Below are positions 11,354-21,414 of a DNA stretch of 64,000 nucleotides, in pieces. Source of the DNA: Endomicrobiales bacterium (lineage in GTDB: Bacteria > Elusimicrobiota > Endomicrobiia > Endomicrobiales > CAWCFT01); contig CAWCFT010000005.1 in the NCBI GenBank assembly GCA_963794945.1, forward strand, positions 51,970 through 115,969. The letters are read 5' to 3'. The notes under the pieces were generated by a model, which was not told the origin of the DNA, made no database searches, and was given only the letters and a program-made list of their open reading frames with translations. The translations under genes were made by a program, and so were the position numbers. The stretch's first letter is position 1, and every line of letters starts with the position of its first letter.

Positions 11354-12552
11354 TGCTTTTTCTCCAGAACACTTTTATAGACATCTATCGTGTTTTTCGC
11401 CATACTACGCAGGCTGAATTTTTCTTCAACAGCTTTTCTCGCTGAAAGTCCTATTTCCTTCTGTAGTCTTTCATCAAGCAGCAGCTTGATAATTATTGAT
11501 TTAAGCTCAGGCAAGTTGTTCCTTTCATATATATAACCGGTCTTGCCGTTATCAATCACCGTAAACACAGAACGCACATCAGATGACACAACCGGTTTAG
11601 CACAAGACATTGATTGAGGGATCGTAAGGTCATATCCGTTCTCTCTAATCGTAGAATTCACAAAAACCCTTGCGCAGCTCAGCACCTCAGGGAGGTCTCT
11701 GTACTCGATTCTACCGAGAAAAATAACCTTGTCTTTAAGGCCAAGTTTTTTTGTAAGCCTTTCAAGCTCACTTTTATACTCTCCATTGCCGCCAATGAGC
11801 AATTTTGCGGCGGGCACTTTCTCTAATATATCCGGCAGAACTGATATTAGGTTCTGAACGCCTTTCTCCTTCTTAAGCCTTGCTATAGCGACTATGGCCT
11901 TATCTCCTGATTTTAGCTTATACTTCTCCATTATTACATCATTCAAGGGATTCGGCACGAACAGCTCATCATCGATCCCGTTATAAACAAGCTTTAGTTT
12001 ATCCGGCTCTATTCCGTAATACTTTCTGATGGTATTGACCTGTGAATCACTTGTGGCGATTACGGCATCACACAAACGAATTAACTTCTTGTCAAAAACA
12101 AAATAGTTGTAAATATTTTTTACCAGCGACAACATTGACCTCGGGTCAAGCCCCAGCCTTAACTTGGTCTTTATCTCATCGATGGATGTTCCGTGCAGCG
12201 AAAGCACTATCGGTATATTCAACTGCTTATTGAGGCCTGTTCTTAATATCTGGTATGCACCCGCGCTCTGGCTGTGAATAATGTCGAATTTCTCTTTGTT
12301 ATGCAGTACCGCGAATTCTGCTGCACTTCGTTCATAAAAGCCCCATTCGTACTTACCCGGCATTGTACCTTTAAGATAATGGATCTTAACACCCTGCCTG
12401 TTCTCAAATTCAGTACCAAGAGGGTTCATTGTGGTTATTATCGTAACATCAACGCCGCACTTAACCAGCTCCTTGGAAAGGGTCTCGATATGAAGTTCCA
12501 TCCCGCCCATTGAATGCGCCGGTAACGACCTCGCGAACATACAGATTTTCAT
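11350..12552 (-). CDS. Glycosyltransferase family 4
   Basis: GGMELH, YNGID, ARLKKEKG; GT-B pattern. Confidence 0.88.
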   Translation of the reverse strand: MKICMFARSLPAHSMGGMELHIETLSKELVKCGVDVTIITTMNPLGTEFENRQGVKIHYLKGTMPGKYEWGFYERSAAEFAVLHNKEKFDIIHSQSAGAYQILRTGLNKQLNIPIVLSLHGTSIDEIKTKLRLGLDPRSMLSLVKNIYNYFVFDKKLIRLCDAVIATSDSQVNTIRKYYGIEPDKLKLVYNGIDDELFVPNPLNDVIMEKYKLKSGDKAIVAIARLKKEKGVQNLISVLPDILEKVPAAKLLIGGNGEYKSELERLTKKLGLKDKVIFLGRIEYRDLPEVLSCARVFVNSTIRENGYDLTIPQSMSCAKPVVSSDVRSVFTVIDNGKTGYIYERNNLPELKSIIIKLLLDERLQKEIGLSARKAVEEKFSLRSMAKNTIDVYKSVLEKKQ

Positions 12553-12604
12553 TGAATTATTTCCTTATAATATGCATAGCTGCTTTGTACTTTCGGTATC
12601 CTTA

Positions 12605-14917
12605 TTATACCATAATACTCTTGTCTATTACCCTGTCCAACACTTCTTCTATTCTGGCTTTCACGGCGATTTTACTATACTTATTAATGCATGCCTGTCT
12701 GGCTTTTTCACCTTTTTCGGCTGCCATTTGGGGGTTTGCTAGCACAAAACTGATCTTTCCAGCCAGCTCCTCAACATTTCCCGGCTCATATGTCCACCCG
12801 CAATCTTTCAAAATTTCCGGAATATCATTTATTTGAGAAGCCACAATCGGACGGGCCATGGCCATAGCGTCAAAAAGTTTGGCCGGTATCTGGCCGATGG
12901 AAGAATAATTTTTCCTTTGCGGAATTACTACGATATCCGACAATGCCAGAAATTCAGGAATTTTATCGAACGACTGCTGTTCATATATGCGGCATCTTTC
13001 CCCCAGCTGCTTCTGTATATCATCGTACAAGAATTTCTGGTATTTATCTTGCAGATTGAATCCGACAAGCATTAATAAAGCATCGTCTCGCCTTATCCTT
13101 ATAAAGGCCTCTATCAGTTCATCAATGCCCTTATGTTCACGCGGTGTCCCTAAAAACAAAATGACCTTCCTGCTAGGTTTTATGTTTAAATGTTCTCTTA
13201 AAGTCGTTTTATTGTAAAGCCCAGGATCAAATATCCGGGTATCCCTGACGTGAGGAACTATCGTCCCGCCAAACCGTTTTTGCAGAAATGAATTTGAAAC
13301 AATTTTATTCCTTATCATCATGACCGTAAATTCACATATTATCAGCTTTACTATATTGAACGCTGACATAACTTTTTTCAACACGCCGCCTCCGGCCTTG
13401 AACCGCTCTAATTCAAACCCAAGCTCCCAATCGTCAATATCTACGATTATCGGTGCATTGTTCAAAACGCGCGCTAACACGGCTATAAACAGGCTCGGCA
13501 GCACCGCTTTGCTTACAATTATGATATCGCTATTTATAGATCTCGCAAGCTTATAACCTGTCTTAAGATAGAAATCATTCTTTTTTACCACTATATATTT
13601 ATATCTGATTTTCTCCGCCGGCACCTCTACTGGGAACCAGACCTTATCGTTGAATGCCGGGCCTACGATCTCAACATCATTGTTATCTTTGAGCAGTTCA
13701 GCTATCAATGTTGCCCTGCCAACACAATTGTGGGAAAAATCCGGAGTTATTATAGATATTTTCTTTGCTTTTACAATTTTTGATTCGGGTTCTGCCGAAG
13801 TAACCAGACAGTTATCTTCAATCAGTTTCTCATAAATATTCTCTAATTTTTCGATCTGCTTGTTTATGTCGAACTTTTCTTTTACCAACTCATTGCCGCA
13901 TCTTCCCATTCTTTCTGCAAGTGATCTATCATCTACGAGAGTCTTGATCGCTTTTGCGATAGCAACAGCATCCTTTTCAGGCACTAGGAGCCCATTCTCT
14001 TTATCATTTATAAGGTCAGGAATTCCCCCATGATATGTTCCTATCACCGGCAGGCTATGAGTCATCGCCTCAAGAAACACCATACCCAGGCCTTCGCAGT
14101 CGCCATCGCTCGCTGTTACGCTCGGCAGGACAAACATGCTCGCCTGGCTATACAGTTTTTGAAGCTCATCTTTAGATTTCCAACCAACAAATTCTACGGA
14201 TTCATTAAGCTTAAGTTCGGTTGCTAACTTTTCTAATTTATTCTTAAGAGGCCCGTCGCCGCAAACCAGCAATTTGCAGCCGCTTACCGTTTTGTTTACT
14301 TCAGCCATTGCGCGAAGCAGATACTCTGTGCCTTTTTTTTCTACCAGCCTACCAACAGTAAGTATAAGTTTTTCTTCCCTAAGGGCATTTGATTCCACCT
14401 GAGTGTTTACTCCCAGGTAATGGGTTATGACCCTATCTTTAGGAAAACCTTTTTCGATCAACTGTTTGCTTATAAAATTTGAGACTCCCAGGAAAAGAGA
14501 CCCATTCCGCTGGAGCTCGCGGAAATGAAGCCAATAATTGAACCAAGCAGGCGGGTAAACCGTAAACTTGGGCAGGCGAGTGATGTCCTGACCGTGAAAA
14601 GTTACCACCAGTGGCAGTTTGTGTTTTTGAGCAAGCGGGAGAGCATATACACCATCAACGCCAAAATGGGCATGGATCAGTTTAATATCTTTATCCTTGA
14701 TAACCTCATCAAATACCTGGGACTGCCTAAATAGCGTATATTTTAAGCTATTTATCCCATTAAGCGAATTAATATTGCTATATTTGAACAGGTCTCTGTT
14801 GCTGTAAGCGCGTGTGAAAACTTCCACATTGTATTTCTTGGCATTAATTAACTGCTCGTATATGAATCCTTCTGAACGCCTTAGGAAGGTGTTTACAAGA
14901 CAGCCGATAGTTTTCAC
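12605..14917 (-). CDS. Tandem two-module GT4 glycosyltransferase (770 aa)
   Basis: Module 1: HAHFG, VGRLVEKKG, EGLGMVFLEAM; module 2: GTPREHKG, PAKLFDAMAMARPIV. Confidence 0.85.
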   Translation of the reverse strand: MKTIGCLVNTFLRRSEGFIYEQLINAKKYNVEVFTRAYSNRDLFKYSNINSLNGINSLKYTLFRQSQVFDEVIKDKDIKLIHAHFGVDGVYALPLAQKHKLPLVVTFHGQDITRLPKFTVYPPAWFNYWLHFRELQRNGSLFLGVSNFISKQLIEKGFPKDRVITHYLGVNTQVESNALREEKLILTVGRLVEKKGTEYLLRAMAEVNKTVSGCKLLVCGDGPLKNKLEKLATELKLNESVEFVGWKSKDELQKLYSQASMFVLPSVTASDGDCEGLGMVFLEAMTHSLPVIGTYHGGIPDLINDKENGLLVPEKDAVAIAKAIKTLVDDRSLAERMGRCGNELVKEKFDINKQIEKLENIYEKLIEDNCLVTSAEPESKIVKAKKISIITPDFSHNCVGRATLIAELLKDNNDVEIVGPAFNDKVWFPVEVPAEKIRYKYIVVKKNDFYLKTGYKLARSINSDIIIVSKAVLPSLFIAVLARVLNNAPIIVDIDDWELGFELERFKAGGGVLKKVMSAFNIVKLIICEFTVMMIRNKIVSNSFLQKRFGGTIVPHVRDTRIFDPGLYNKTTLREHLNIKPSRKVILFLGTPREHKGIDELIEAFIRIRRDDALLMLVGFNLQDKYQKFLYDDIQKQLGERCRIYEQQSFDKIPEFLALSDIVVIPQRKNYSSIGQIPAKLFDAMAMARPIVASQINDIPEILKDCGWTYEPGNVEELAGKISFVLANPQMAAEKGEKARQACINKYSKIAVKARIEEVLDRVIDKSIMV

Positions 14918-16443
14918 TGGGCTTTCCTTATTATTAGTCTTTTAATAGACTCCATCTCTTCAATGCCGCACATAAGGCTGGTCCCTGCATACACTATAGT
15001 AAAAACGCTCAAAGACATAATAAGTTTAACTATGTGTCCTGCGGAATGGATATTGTAATAGACCAGCAGGGAAACGGCGGCAGATGACAATGCAATAGCA
15101 GAGATAACCGCCATACTTCTACCCATGTCTTTAAAGTTCATTCCCGGATATTTATTTATTAGCAGTATTATCAGCAGGGAGAAGGCAGCAAGGTCAGATA
15201 TTGAACGCGCGAGGGCTATACCGCCGACCATCATGTTCTTTCTCAATAGAACTCCAGCCGCAACGTTTATGATCAACGCGGCCACATAGACCACCAAAGG
15301 TGTTTTACTGTCCTGAATACTATAGTAAACTCTCAAAACAACATAATTGAGCGCGTAAAAGAGAGCTCCCATGCTGTAATAGAGCAGCGCCGATGACGTG
15401 AGCAGAGTGGAAGCAGCATTGAACTGGCCTCTCTGGAACAAGAGCCTGACTATAGGTTCGCTGTAAAAAAGCATTACCAGGCACAAGGGCAGCGCGAGAA
15501 ATGCAGTGAGCCTTATGGAAAACGACAGCGTTTTTTCAAGTTCCTTCAAGTCGTTTCTTGCCGCGTAATCGCTAAGGTACGGAAAAACAGCAGTCCCAAG
15601 CGGCACGGCGCACAAAAGCCATATAGTTTCTCTTATCCTGTTAGCGAAAGTTATGCCCGCCACATTGCCTTCACCGATGCCGGCAGCGAGTGACCGGCTG
15701 ACAAGGTCGTTTGCCGCAGCTATGAAAGATGCTATAAATAGCGGTCCCCAGAGTATGAACATCCTTTTTAATTCCGGGGTCATTTTAAGCTCAAACTTGT
15801 AGCTGACAGCTTTGTCTTTCAACGACGGAAGTATTACGATTAATTGGAGCAAAGCTCCGGCTAGGAAACCTATTGCTAGGCTTTTTACGCCATAGTTTGA
15901 AGTAAGAGCTACAACACCAAGAATAACTCCGGCGTTGAGCATTAGCTGGCTAAGAGATGGCGTAAAAAAATGCCGGTGAACGTTAAGGAGACTTCCGTAA
16001 AAAGATGCAAGCCCCATAAATATTATCGCCGGAAATATTATTCGCGTTATATCAACCGCCAATCCGAATGTTTGCGCATCGATCTCTGGAGCGATAGTTT
16101 TAACTATCAAAGGAGCTAGAGGATACCCCAGGAAAGCGGACGCAACAAGGGCCAGCAGCAGGATCGTAACTGTAGTATTGAGCAGTTTCTCGGTTTCTTT
16201 TTTGTCGGTTCCCGCGAGGCAGGCTGAATAGATAGGGATGAACACCGCAGTAAGGACTCCTCCGGAGATTATTTCCCTAATGAAATCCGGCCCAGCCATT
16301 CCGATGAAATAAGCATCGGTTTTATATGTAGTGCCGAAAAACGCGGCTATGATTATTTCCCGCACAAAACCCAAGATTTTTCCAAGGATGGCGAAAATAC
16401 CTATTACTAGAGTTGCCTCAGCTATTTTTCTTTTCTCAAACAT
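14914..16443 (-). CDS. murJ: MurJ/MviN-family lipid-linked glycan flippase
   Basis: KILGFVRE..IAAFFG...TDAY, LFQRGQF; ~14 hydrophobic segments. Confidence 0.8.
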   Translation of the reverse strand: MFEKRKIAEATLVIGIFAILGKILGFVREIIIAAFFGTTYKTDAYFIGMAGPDFIREIISGGVLTAVFIPIYSACLAGTDKKETEKLLNTTVTILLLALVASAFLGYPLAPLIVKTIAPEIDAQTFGLAVDITRIIFPAIIFMGLASFYGSLLNVHRHFFTPSLSQLMLNAGVILGVVALTSNYGVKSLAIGFLAGALLQLIVILPSLKDKAVSYKFELKMTPELKRMFILWGPLFIASFIAAANDLVSRSLAAGIGEGNVAGITFANRIRETIWLLCAVPLGTAVFPYLSDYAARNDLKELEKTLSFSIRLTAFLALPLCLVMLFYSEPIVRLLFQRGQFNAASTLLTSSALLYYSMGALFYALNYVVLRVYYSIQDSKTPLVVYVAALIINVAAGVLLRKNMMVGGIALARSISDLAAFSLLIILLINKYPGMNFKDMGRSMAVISAIALSSAAVSLLVYYNIHSAGHIVKLIMSLSVFTIVYAGTSLMCGIEEMESIKRLIIRKAQ

Positions 16444-16483
16444 TAATTGTCACCCAGTGCCATTGCGAGCCAGCCTTAAACCT

Positions 16484-16521
16484 AAAAGCCAAAAGCATAC
16501 TTTTTACAGTATGCTTTTGGC
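16484..16521 (-). terminator. Intrinsic terminator after recA
   Basis: Perfect 14-bp stem GCCAAAAGCATACT/AGTATGCTTTTGGC (16488-16521), followed by TTTT on the minus strand. Confidence 0.75.
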
Positions 16522-16548
16522 GTGATCTTTATTTTATTCACTTTATAA

Positions 16549-17613
16549 TCACTTCTTCGGCGCACGTTTCGGTGTCTCTCTTTCTTCTGTTTCTTCTTTA
16601 CTGATCTCCTGTACTGGGGCAACTTCAAAATATTTCTTTCTTATCAACGCCTCGATTTCATCTGCGATCTGAGGATTCTCGGCAAGAAATATCTTTACGT
16701 TGTCTCGCCCCTGCCCCAACTTCTCGTTTTTGTATGAGAAGAACGCTCCTGATTTCTCTATCAACCCTTCGTTGACACCAATATCTACTAGATAGCCTGT
16801 TCTGTCAATACCCTGCCCGAACTGAATATCGAATTCGGCTTGCTTGAACGGCGCGGCTACTTTATTCTTAACGACTTTGACTCTCACGTGATTAGCAATT
16901 ATCTCGTCGCCTTTCTTGACTGATTCCACCCTTCTGATATCAAGTCGCATTGTTGCATAGAATTTCAACGCGAGGCCGCCAGGCGTTGTTTCCGGATTTC
17001 CCCACATTACACCTATCTTCTGCCTTATCTGGTTGATAAATATTATAGATGTTTTAGATTTTGAGATGTTTGAAGTAAGTTTTCTAAGTGCCTGGCTCAT
17101 AAGACGGGCCTGAAGGCCCATATGGGAATCACCCATCTCACCTTCAATTTCAGCTCGCGGCACCAAGGCCGCAACTGAATCTATGATTATCACGTCTATA
17201 GCGCCGGACCGCACTAGTTTATCAGCTATCTCAAGCGCCTGTTCACCCGAATCAGGCTGAGAAATTAAAAGGTTATCTATATCCACACCCAGGCTCTTCG
17301 CGTATTCAGGGTCCATCGCGTGTTCAGCATCAATATAAGCCGCTATGCCGGCTTTCTTCTGTGTCTGCGCTACCATGCATAAGGCAAGAGTTGTTTTACC
17401 TGATGATTCCGGGCCAAATATTTCTATTACTCTTCCCCTTGGTATACCGCCGACTCCAACAGCTATGTCAAGCGGCAGCACACCCGTGGAGATAACTTCA
17501 ACCGGCGACTTGGCGTGTTTTTCACCGAGCCTCATTATCGCTTCCTTGCCGAAGTCCTTCTCGATCTGCGACAGCGCCAGGTCCAGCGCCTTTAACCTTT
17601 CATCCCTTGCCAT
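16549..17613 (-). CDS. recA: Recombinase A
   Basis: [42 protein letters not shown]. Confidence 0.99.
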   Translation of the reverse strand: MARDERLKALDLALSQIEKDFGKEAIMRLGEKHAKSPVEVISTGVLPLDIAVGVGGIPRGRVIEIFGPESSGKTTLALCMVAQTQKKAGIAAYIDAEHAMDPEYAKSLGVDIDNLLISQPDSGEQALEIADKLVRSGAIDVIIIDSVAALVPRAEIEGEMGDSHMGLQARLMSQALRKLTSNISKSKTSIIFINQIRQKIGVMWGNPETTPGGLALKFYATMRLDIRRVESVKKGDEIIANHVRVKVVKNKVAAPFKQAEFDIQFGQGIDRTGYLVDIGVNEGLIEKSGAFFSYKNEKLGQGRDNVKIFLAENPQIADEIEALIRKKYFEVAPVQEISKEETEERETPKRAPKK

Positions 17614-17715
17614 TTGAAACCTCCATTATCATGATATATTTTATGCTTCACCAATATTTTACGGCGGCATTTTATGCAAAACATATGTATATCTTACCTT
17701 TTTCTATCAACAGCT

Positions 17716-19020
17716 TCAAGCAGTTATCGAAACATCTTTTTTACCGTACAGGTGTATCCTGTATAACGCGCCATTCAACCCAACCATAAGCCAAAACATC
17801 ATTGAAAACTTGTCGCCAAATAAATACGTATCAAAGCAGCTTTGTACACAGTACCAAATCCACATACCTATAAAACCCAGGGCAATTATTTTCATTTCCT
17901 TATTTATCGACTTTTTGTAAACCAAAAACGAGTATCTTACACTAATGAAAATAATTGCCAAATATGAAATTAGTCCCATGACACCTGTTTCTGCCGCTAT
18001 CTGAATATAATTGTTATGCGCCGGGACAAGCGGTACATCTTTATCCGCAAAAGCAAGTAATCCATTGTGATAGTTTGCCAAGCCAACACCAAGGATTGGA
18101 CGGGCCAAAAATATCTTTATGCCGTTTTTCCAAAGCGGTTTTCTGTCGAATTCTGAATTAATTGAACCATGATAACGCATCATAATTGTCTCGCGCACAG
18201 GCTTGCATATAACAATAAATCCAACCATTGCAATGACAACAATAATAACTCCCGATACTTTTCGCATATTAATATTTTTTGACAGATGATACACGAAAAA
18301 TATCAAGATTAACAATAGCGGCACATAAGCGCTTCTCGTAAATGTTAATATAAGCGCTGCCATTATTATAATACCTGGAATTAAGTATTTATGGCTTAAA
18401 TTATTGAGAAGCACTGTAAAAGGAATAATGAGCCCCAAATAGGCGCTGAATGTGATAGAATCTTCAAACGTGCCGAAAGCGCGTATTCCTGTTCCTCCCC
18501 AAATAAACCAGTTTGAAGAAACTAGGCCAAGCGTTGATATATCTTTAATTATCTGCTTCAAGGAGTTTGGTTCCATAACCACACCCAGCAGTTTGTTATG
18601 GAGGACAATATTTAAAATATACTCGCGCCCAAGAACATATTCAGCTATCCCAAATATTGAAGGCAGTAAAGCGGCAATAAAAACTACTTTCAAAAACCTG
18701 GTTAATGATTCCCAACTGTCCGCATTAAGATAAACAATAAAATAAAGCAAAATAAAACTAGCCCATTTTACAAAACATTGCAGACTGTGAATTTTATCAT
18801 TAGACACAACGATGCTGACAAACATAACGCAGATAAAAATAACTATGCTTCTGTCCAAAGAAGAGCTTAGCCACTTTTTCAGGTTCCTGTTTTGCCAAAT
18901 AGTAGCGATGAATAATAACCCGGCAAGCAATTGAGCAATTGACATCGGAACATTTTTATAGAAATAAAAATATAATTGGAAAGGAATCAGGAGAATCAGC
19001 AAACAAATAATTTGGGCCAT
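17716..19020 (-). CDS. O-antigen ligase/polymerase (Wzy_C/WaaL family)
   Basis: Polytopic; LTFTRS, PILGVG, PAHNNYIQIAAETG. Likely start MAQIIC at 19020, because the ORF-track extension runs into the IS end. Confidence 0.85.
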   Translation of the reverse strand: MAQIICLLILLIPFQLYFYFYKNVPMSIAQLLAGLLFIATIWQNRNLKKWLSSSLDRSIVIFICVMFVSIVVSNDKIHSLQCFVKWASFILLYFIVYLNADSWESLTRFLKVVFIAALLPSIFGIAEYVLGREYILNIVLHNKLLGVVMEPNSLKQIIKDISTLGLVSSNWFIWGGTGIRAFGTFEDSITFSAYLGLIIPFTVLLNNLSHKYLIPGIIIMAALILTFTRSAYVPLLLILIFFVYHLSKNINMRKVSGVIIVVIAMVGFIVICKPVRETIMMRYHGSINSEFDRKPLWKNGIKIFLARPILGVGLANYHNGLLAFADKDVPLVPAHNNYIQIAAETGVMGLISYLAIIFISVRYSFLVYKKSINKEMKIIALGFIGMWIWYCVQSCFDTYLFGDKFSMMFWLMVGLNGALYRIHLYGKKDVSITA

Positions 19021-19069
19021 ATATACTTTTCCTGTGGACTGCCCCAGCTGAAATTGGACCAGCAACAAA

Positions 19070-19903
19070 CTACTTTTTAACCTTCCAATTCGCATAGAAT
19101 TTCGACGGCGAAATCATTCCCAGCGCACTATGCGGCGCTTTTGTGTTATAATCCTCTACCCAACCACCTATTTTCCCGGCAATATCATCAAAACTCTCGC
19201 AAGCGTGCTGATAAACGTAATCCCGCTTGAAAGTCTTAAAGAATGATTCTGCTATTCCGTTGCTTTCTGGGCTTCTTATTGGTGTATTGCACACCACAAA
19301 ACCCGCACACTTCAAGAACAACCGAAACTCTGTTTTGATATATTCCGGGCCGTTATCGCTTAAGAACTCTATAGAGCCTTTTTCAGGTACTGCTTCGTTT
19401 TTAAATCGCTTTAAAACAGCGTTTTTGACCAGGTCCCTGATGTCTTCGCCTTTGATAGATCTTGCCCACCGATATTCAAGTATCTGCCTATCGGCACAGT
19501 CTATCAGCATTGCGAATCTGCCTTTTTCACCGTTCCATGCCTTGATATTAGTTATGTCTGATGCCCACCGTTTATTAGGCTCTGCCACGGATACTACGCC
19601 TTCCCTTCGCTCCCGGGCCTTCCTTTTAGTCCTTTCAGTGCTAAGCCACAGCTTAAGGCGCATATACCTGTGAACTGTCTTAGGATCACACCGTATCCCA
19701 AGCTCACATATCATAGCGTGCACCCGACGGTAACCATATGTCACAGGCCGCTCTTTTATGATCTGCCTTATTACTTCAGCAAGTTCAGGCCTTTTTATCA
19801 CCGGCATCCGGTATCGGTGCTTTGCTTTATGGAAATACCATCCCTGGCTCTTTCCAAACACCCGGCAAACGGCTCTCAAAGAACATTGAAATTCAACTGA
19901 CAA
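19070..19903 (-). CDS. IS3 OrfB transposase (DDE/rve core)
   Basis: YGYRRV, WASDIT, LSDNGPEY, SPESNGIAESFFKTFK, PHSALG. Confidence 0.93.
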   Translation of the reverse strand: MSVEFQCSLRAVCRVFGKSQGWYFHKAKHRYRMPVIKRPELAEVIRQIIKERPVTYGYRRVHAMICELGIRCDPKTVHRYMRLKLWLSTERTKRKARERREGVVSVAEPNKRWASDITNIKAWNGEKGRFAMLIDCADRQILEYRWARSIKGEDIRDLVKNAVLKRFKNEAVPEKGSIEFLSDNGPEYIKTEFRLFLKCAGFVVCNTPIRSPESNGIAESFFKTFKRDYVYQHACESFDDIAGKIGGWVEDYNTKAPHSALGMISPSKFYANWKVKK

Positions 19904-19908
19904 TACCC

Positions 19909-20253
19909 TTACATCCCTTCGGGTAATTTTAACCCTTTCATTTCGAAGCTTTTTTTTAAAATGTCCAGTTCTAAGGCTTTCCGGCCTAAGGCACGTTCAA
20001 GTTCTTCTATCTTCTTTAACGCTTCCGCATACTTCACTTTGGGCACTACTTCACCATTGTTCTTAAGGCCTTCTTTTCCATCAGATTCCAGAGTCTTGCG
20101 CCACTTATACAGCATTTGCGCATGAATATTGTACTTCCTGCATAATTCAAACATATCTACACCGGCATTAAACTCGCCCACAATACCCAACTTCTGCTCT
20201 AACGTCCACTTCCTATGCCCATGCTTCGTTGTCCCTACCACCATTTCTTCCAT
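19909..20253 (-). CDS. IS3 OrfA (HTH)
   Basis: RKWTLEQKLGIV, LYKWRK, coiled-coil ending in LDILKKS with an A8G slippery run. Confidence 0.9.
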   Translation of the reverse strand: MEEMVVGTTKHGHRKWTLEQKLGIVGEFNAGVDMFELCRKYNIHAQMLYKWRKTLESDGKEGLKNNGEVVPKVKYAEALKKIEELERALGRKALELDILKKSFEMKGLKLPEGM

Positions 20254-20312
20254 CGTACCCTCCCTTGATTTTATACCAATTTACTGGTACAATTTTCAAG
20301 CGGAGCACACCA

Positions 20313-20414
20313 ATCACCGATATTGCCAATTATGCCCTTAAATACAGCATATCTTTTATTTCTCCACAATGGCGCCAACTTGTGATAGTATAATTCTAAT
20401 AGTATGTTACTCAT
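20313..20414 (-). pseudogene. 34-codon N-terminal stump cut at the IS3 end; possibly a polysaccharide pyruvyl transferase
   Basis: MSNILLELYYHKLAPLWRNKRYAVFKGIIGNIGD ends exactly at the IS TGG; GNxGD resembles the N-terminal motif of pyruvyl transferases. Confidence 0.45.
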
Positions 20415-20634
20415 TTGTTCTTCCCAAATATCATCATTAACATCAGTGAATCTACGGCGGTTTCTTTGTGGCACACTAAAACACTAAAAATACTGAGGCT
20501 CGACTTCCTCGACTTCCACTTCATATGCCAGCAAGAGCTGTCAGGCTTAGAAGGCTCACTAATATCAACCTAACCAGGCGCACATTTCGCACCCAGCCTT
20601 TGTGATTTATTGAATAGACATTCAAAAGGTACAA

Positions 20635-21414
20635 TCAAGCAAAGTTCTTCTTTTCTGAGTTAAATTTAAGTTTTACATACTCCCTAATAACCAGGCCAAT
20701 GAATATAGTATTTCCTGTTAAATAGCGTTTCCATAGCCTTCGGGGTTCAAGGCATAGGCGCCAAAACCATTCCAAGCCATTATTCCTGACCCACACAGGT
20801 GCTCGTTTAACTCTGCCTGCCGCCATATCGAAACTGCCGCCAACACAGATGGAAACTTTCGGGTATATTTCATCCTTGTGTCCCCATATCCATTTTTCCT
20901 GTTTAGGCGCCCCAAAACCAAGAAAAAGAATATCCGCCTTTGATTCCGTGATCTTACGAGTTATTTTGGCGTTCTCTTCTTTGTTGTTCTCAAATCCAAT
21001 TGGCGGTGAATATACTCCAGCCACATTTAATTTTAGTATTTTGCGGGTAAGGGCCTCGGCCGCTGCTTTAGCAACGCCTTCTGCTGCCCCAAGAAAGAAT
21101 ATTCTCAAATTTCGCTCAGAGGCCGCTTTGCATATTTCTATAAGCAGGTCGGACCCGGCAACTCTTTCTAAAACAGGGTCTCCTAGTAATCTTAACGCCC
21201 AAATTAGAGGCACGCTGTCCGGCAAGAGGACAACATCTGCCATCATAATATCCCTGAACGCTGTATCTGTGCGGCTTTTTACTATCATATCAACATTACA
21301 AGGCACAAACAGCTTTCTTTGGCCGGATGCGGCGCATGATACCGCTTCGTCAACAACCTCTTGAAATTTATGTTTTGATATTTTGAACTTCAGGAATTCA
21401 GCAAAGCCAGGCAT
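20635..21414 (-). CDS. WecB/TagA/CpsF family glycosyltransferase (GT26)
   Basis: ERVAGSDL, FFLGA, GAPKQEKW, RAPVW..NGLEWFWRL..EPRRLWKRY. Confidence 0.93.
   Translation of the reverse strand: MPGFAEFLKFKISKHKFQEVVDEAVSCAASGQRKLFVPCNVDMIVKSRTDTAFRDIMMADVVLLPDSVPLIWALRLLGDPVLERVAGSDLLIEICKAASERNLRIFFLGAAEGVAKAAAEALTRKILKLNVAGVYSPPIGFENNKEENAKITRKITESKADILFLGFGAPKQEKWIWGHKDEIYPKVSICVGGSFDMAAGRVKRAPVWVRNNGLEWFWRLCLEPRRLWKRYLTGNTIFIGLVIREYVKLKFNSEKKNFA

Larger units (their letters stand above)
19035..20312 (-). mobile_element. IS3-family insertion sequence (IS2-group-like)
   Basis: Imperfect terminal IRs TGGACTGCCCCAGCTGAAATTGGACCAG (from 19035) and TGGTGTGCTCCGCTTGAAAATTGTACCAG (minus strand from 20312); orfA/orfB layout; no target duplication. 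Confidence 0.88.

Noticed and set aside
17636..17690. LexA box or direct repeats upstream of recA (AAACATATGTAT; ATTTTAYG x3)
   Set aside because: Several mismatches to GAAC-N4-GTTC, irregular repeat spacing and an AT-rich context.
19021..19095. N-terminal extension of the ligase ORF (MRIGRLKSS...)
   Set aside because: It lies mostly within the IS3 right end; the ATG at 19020 has its own purine-rich RBS-like sequence.
20560..20600. Group II intron 5' end (GTGCG on the minus strand)
   Set aside because: No domain V/VI or RT ORF nearby; a 5-mer match is expected by chance.
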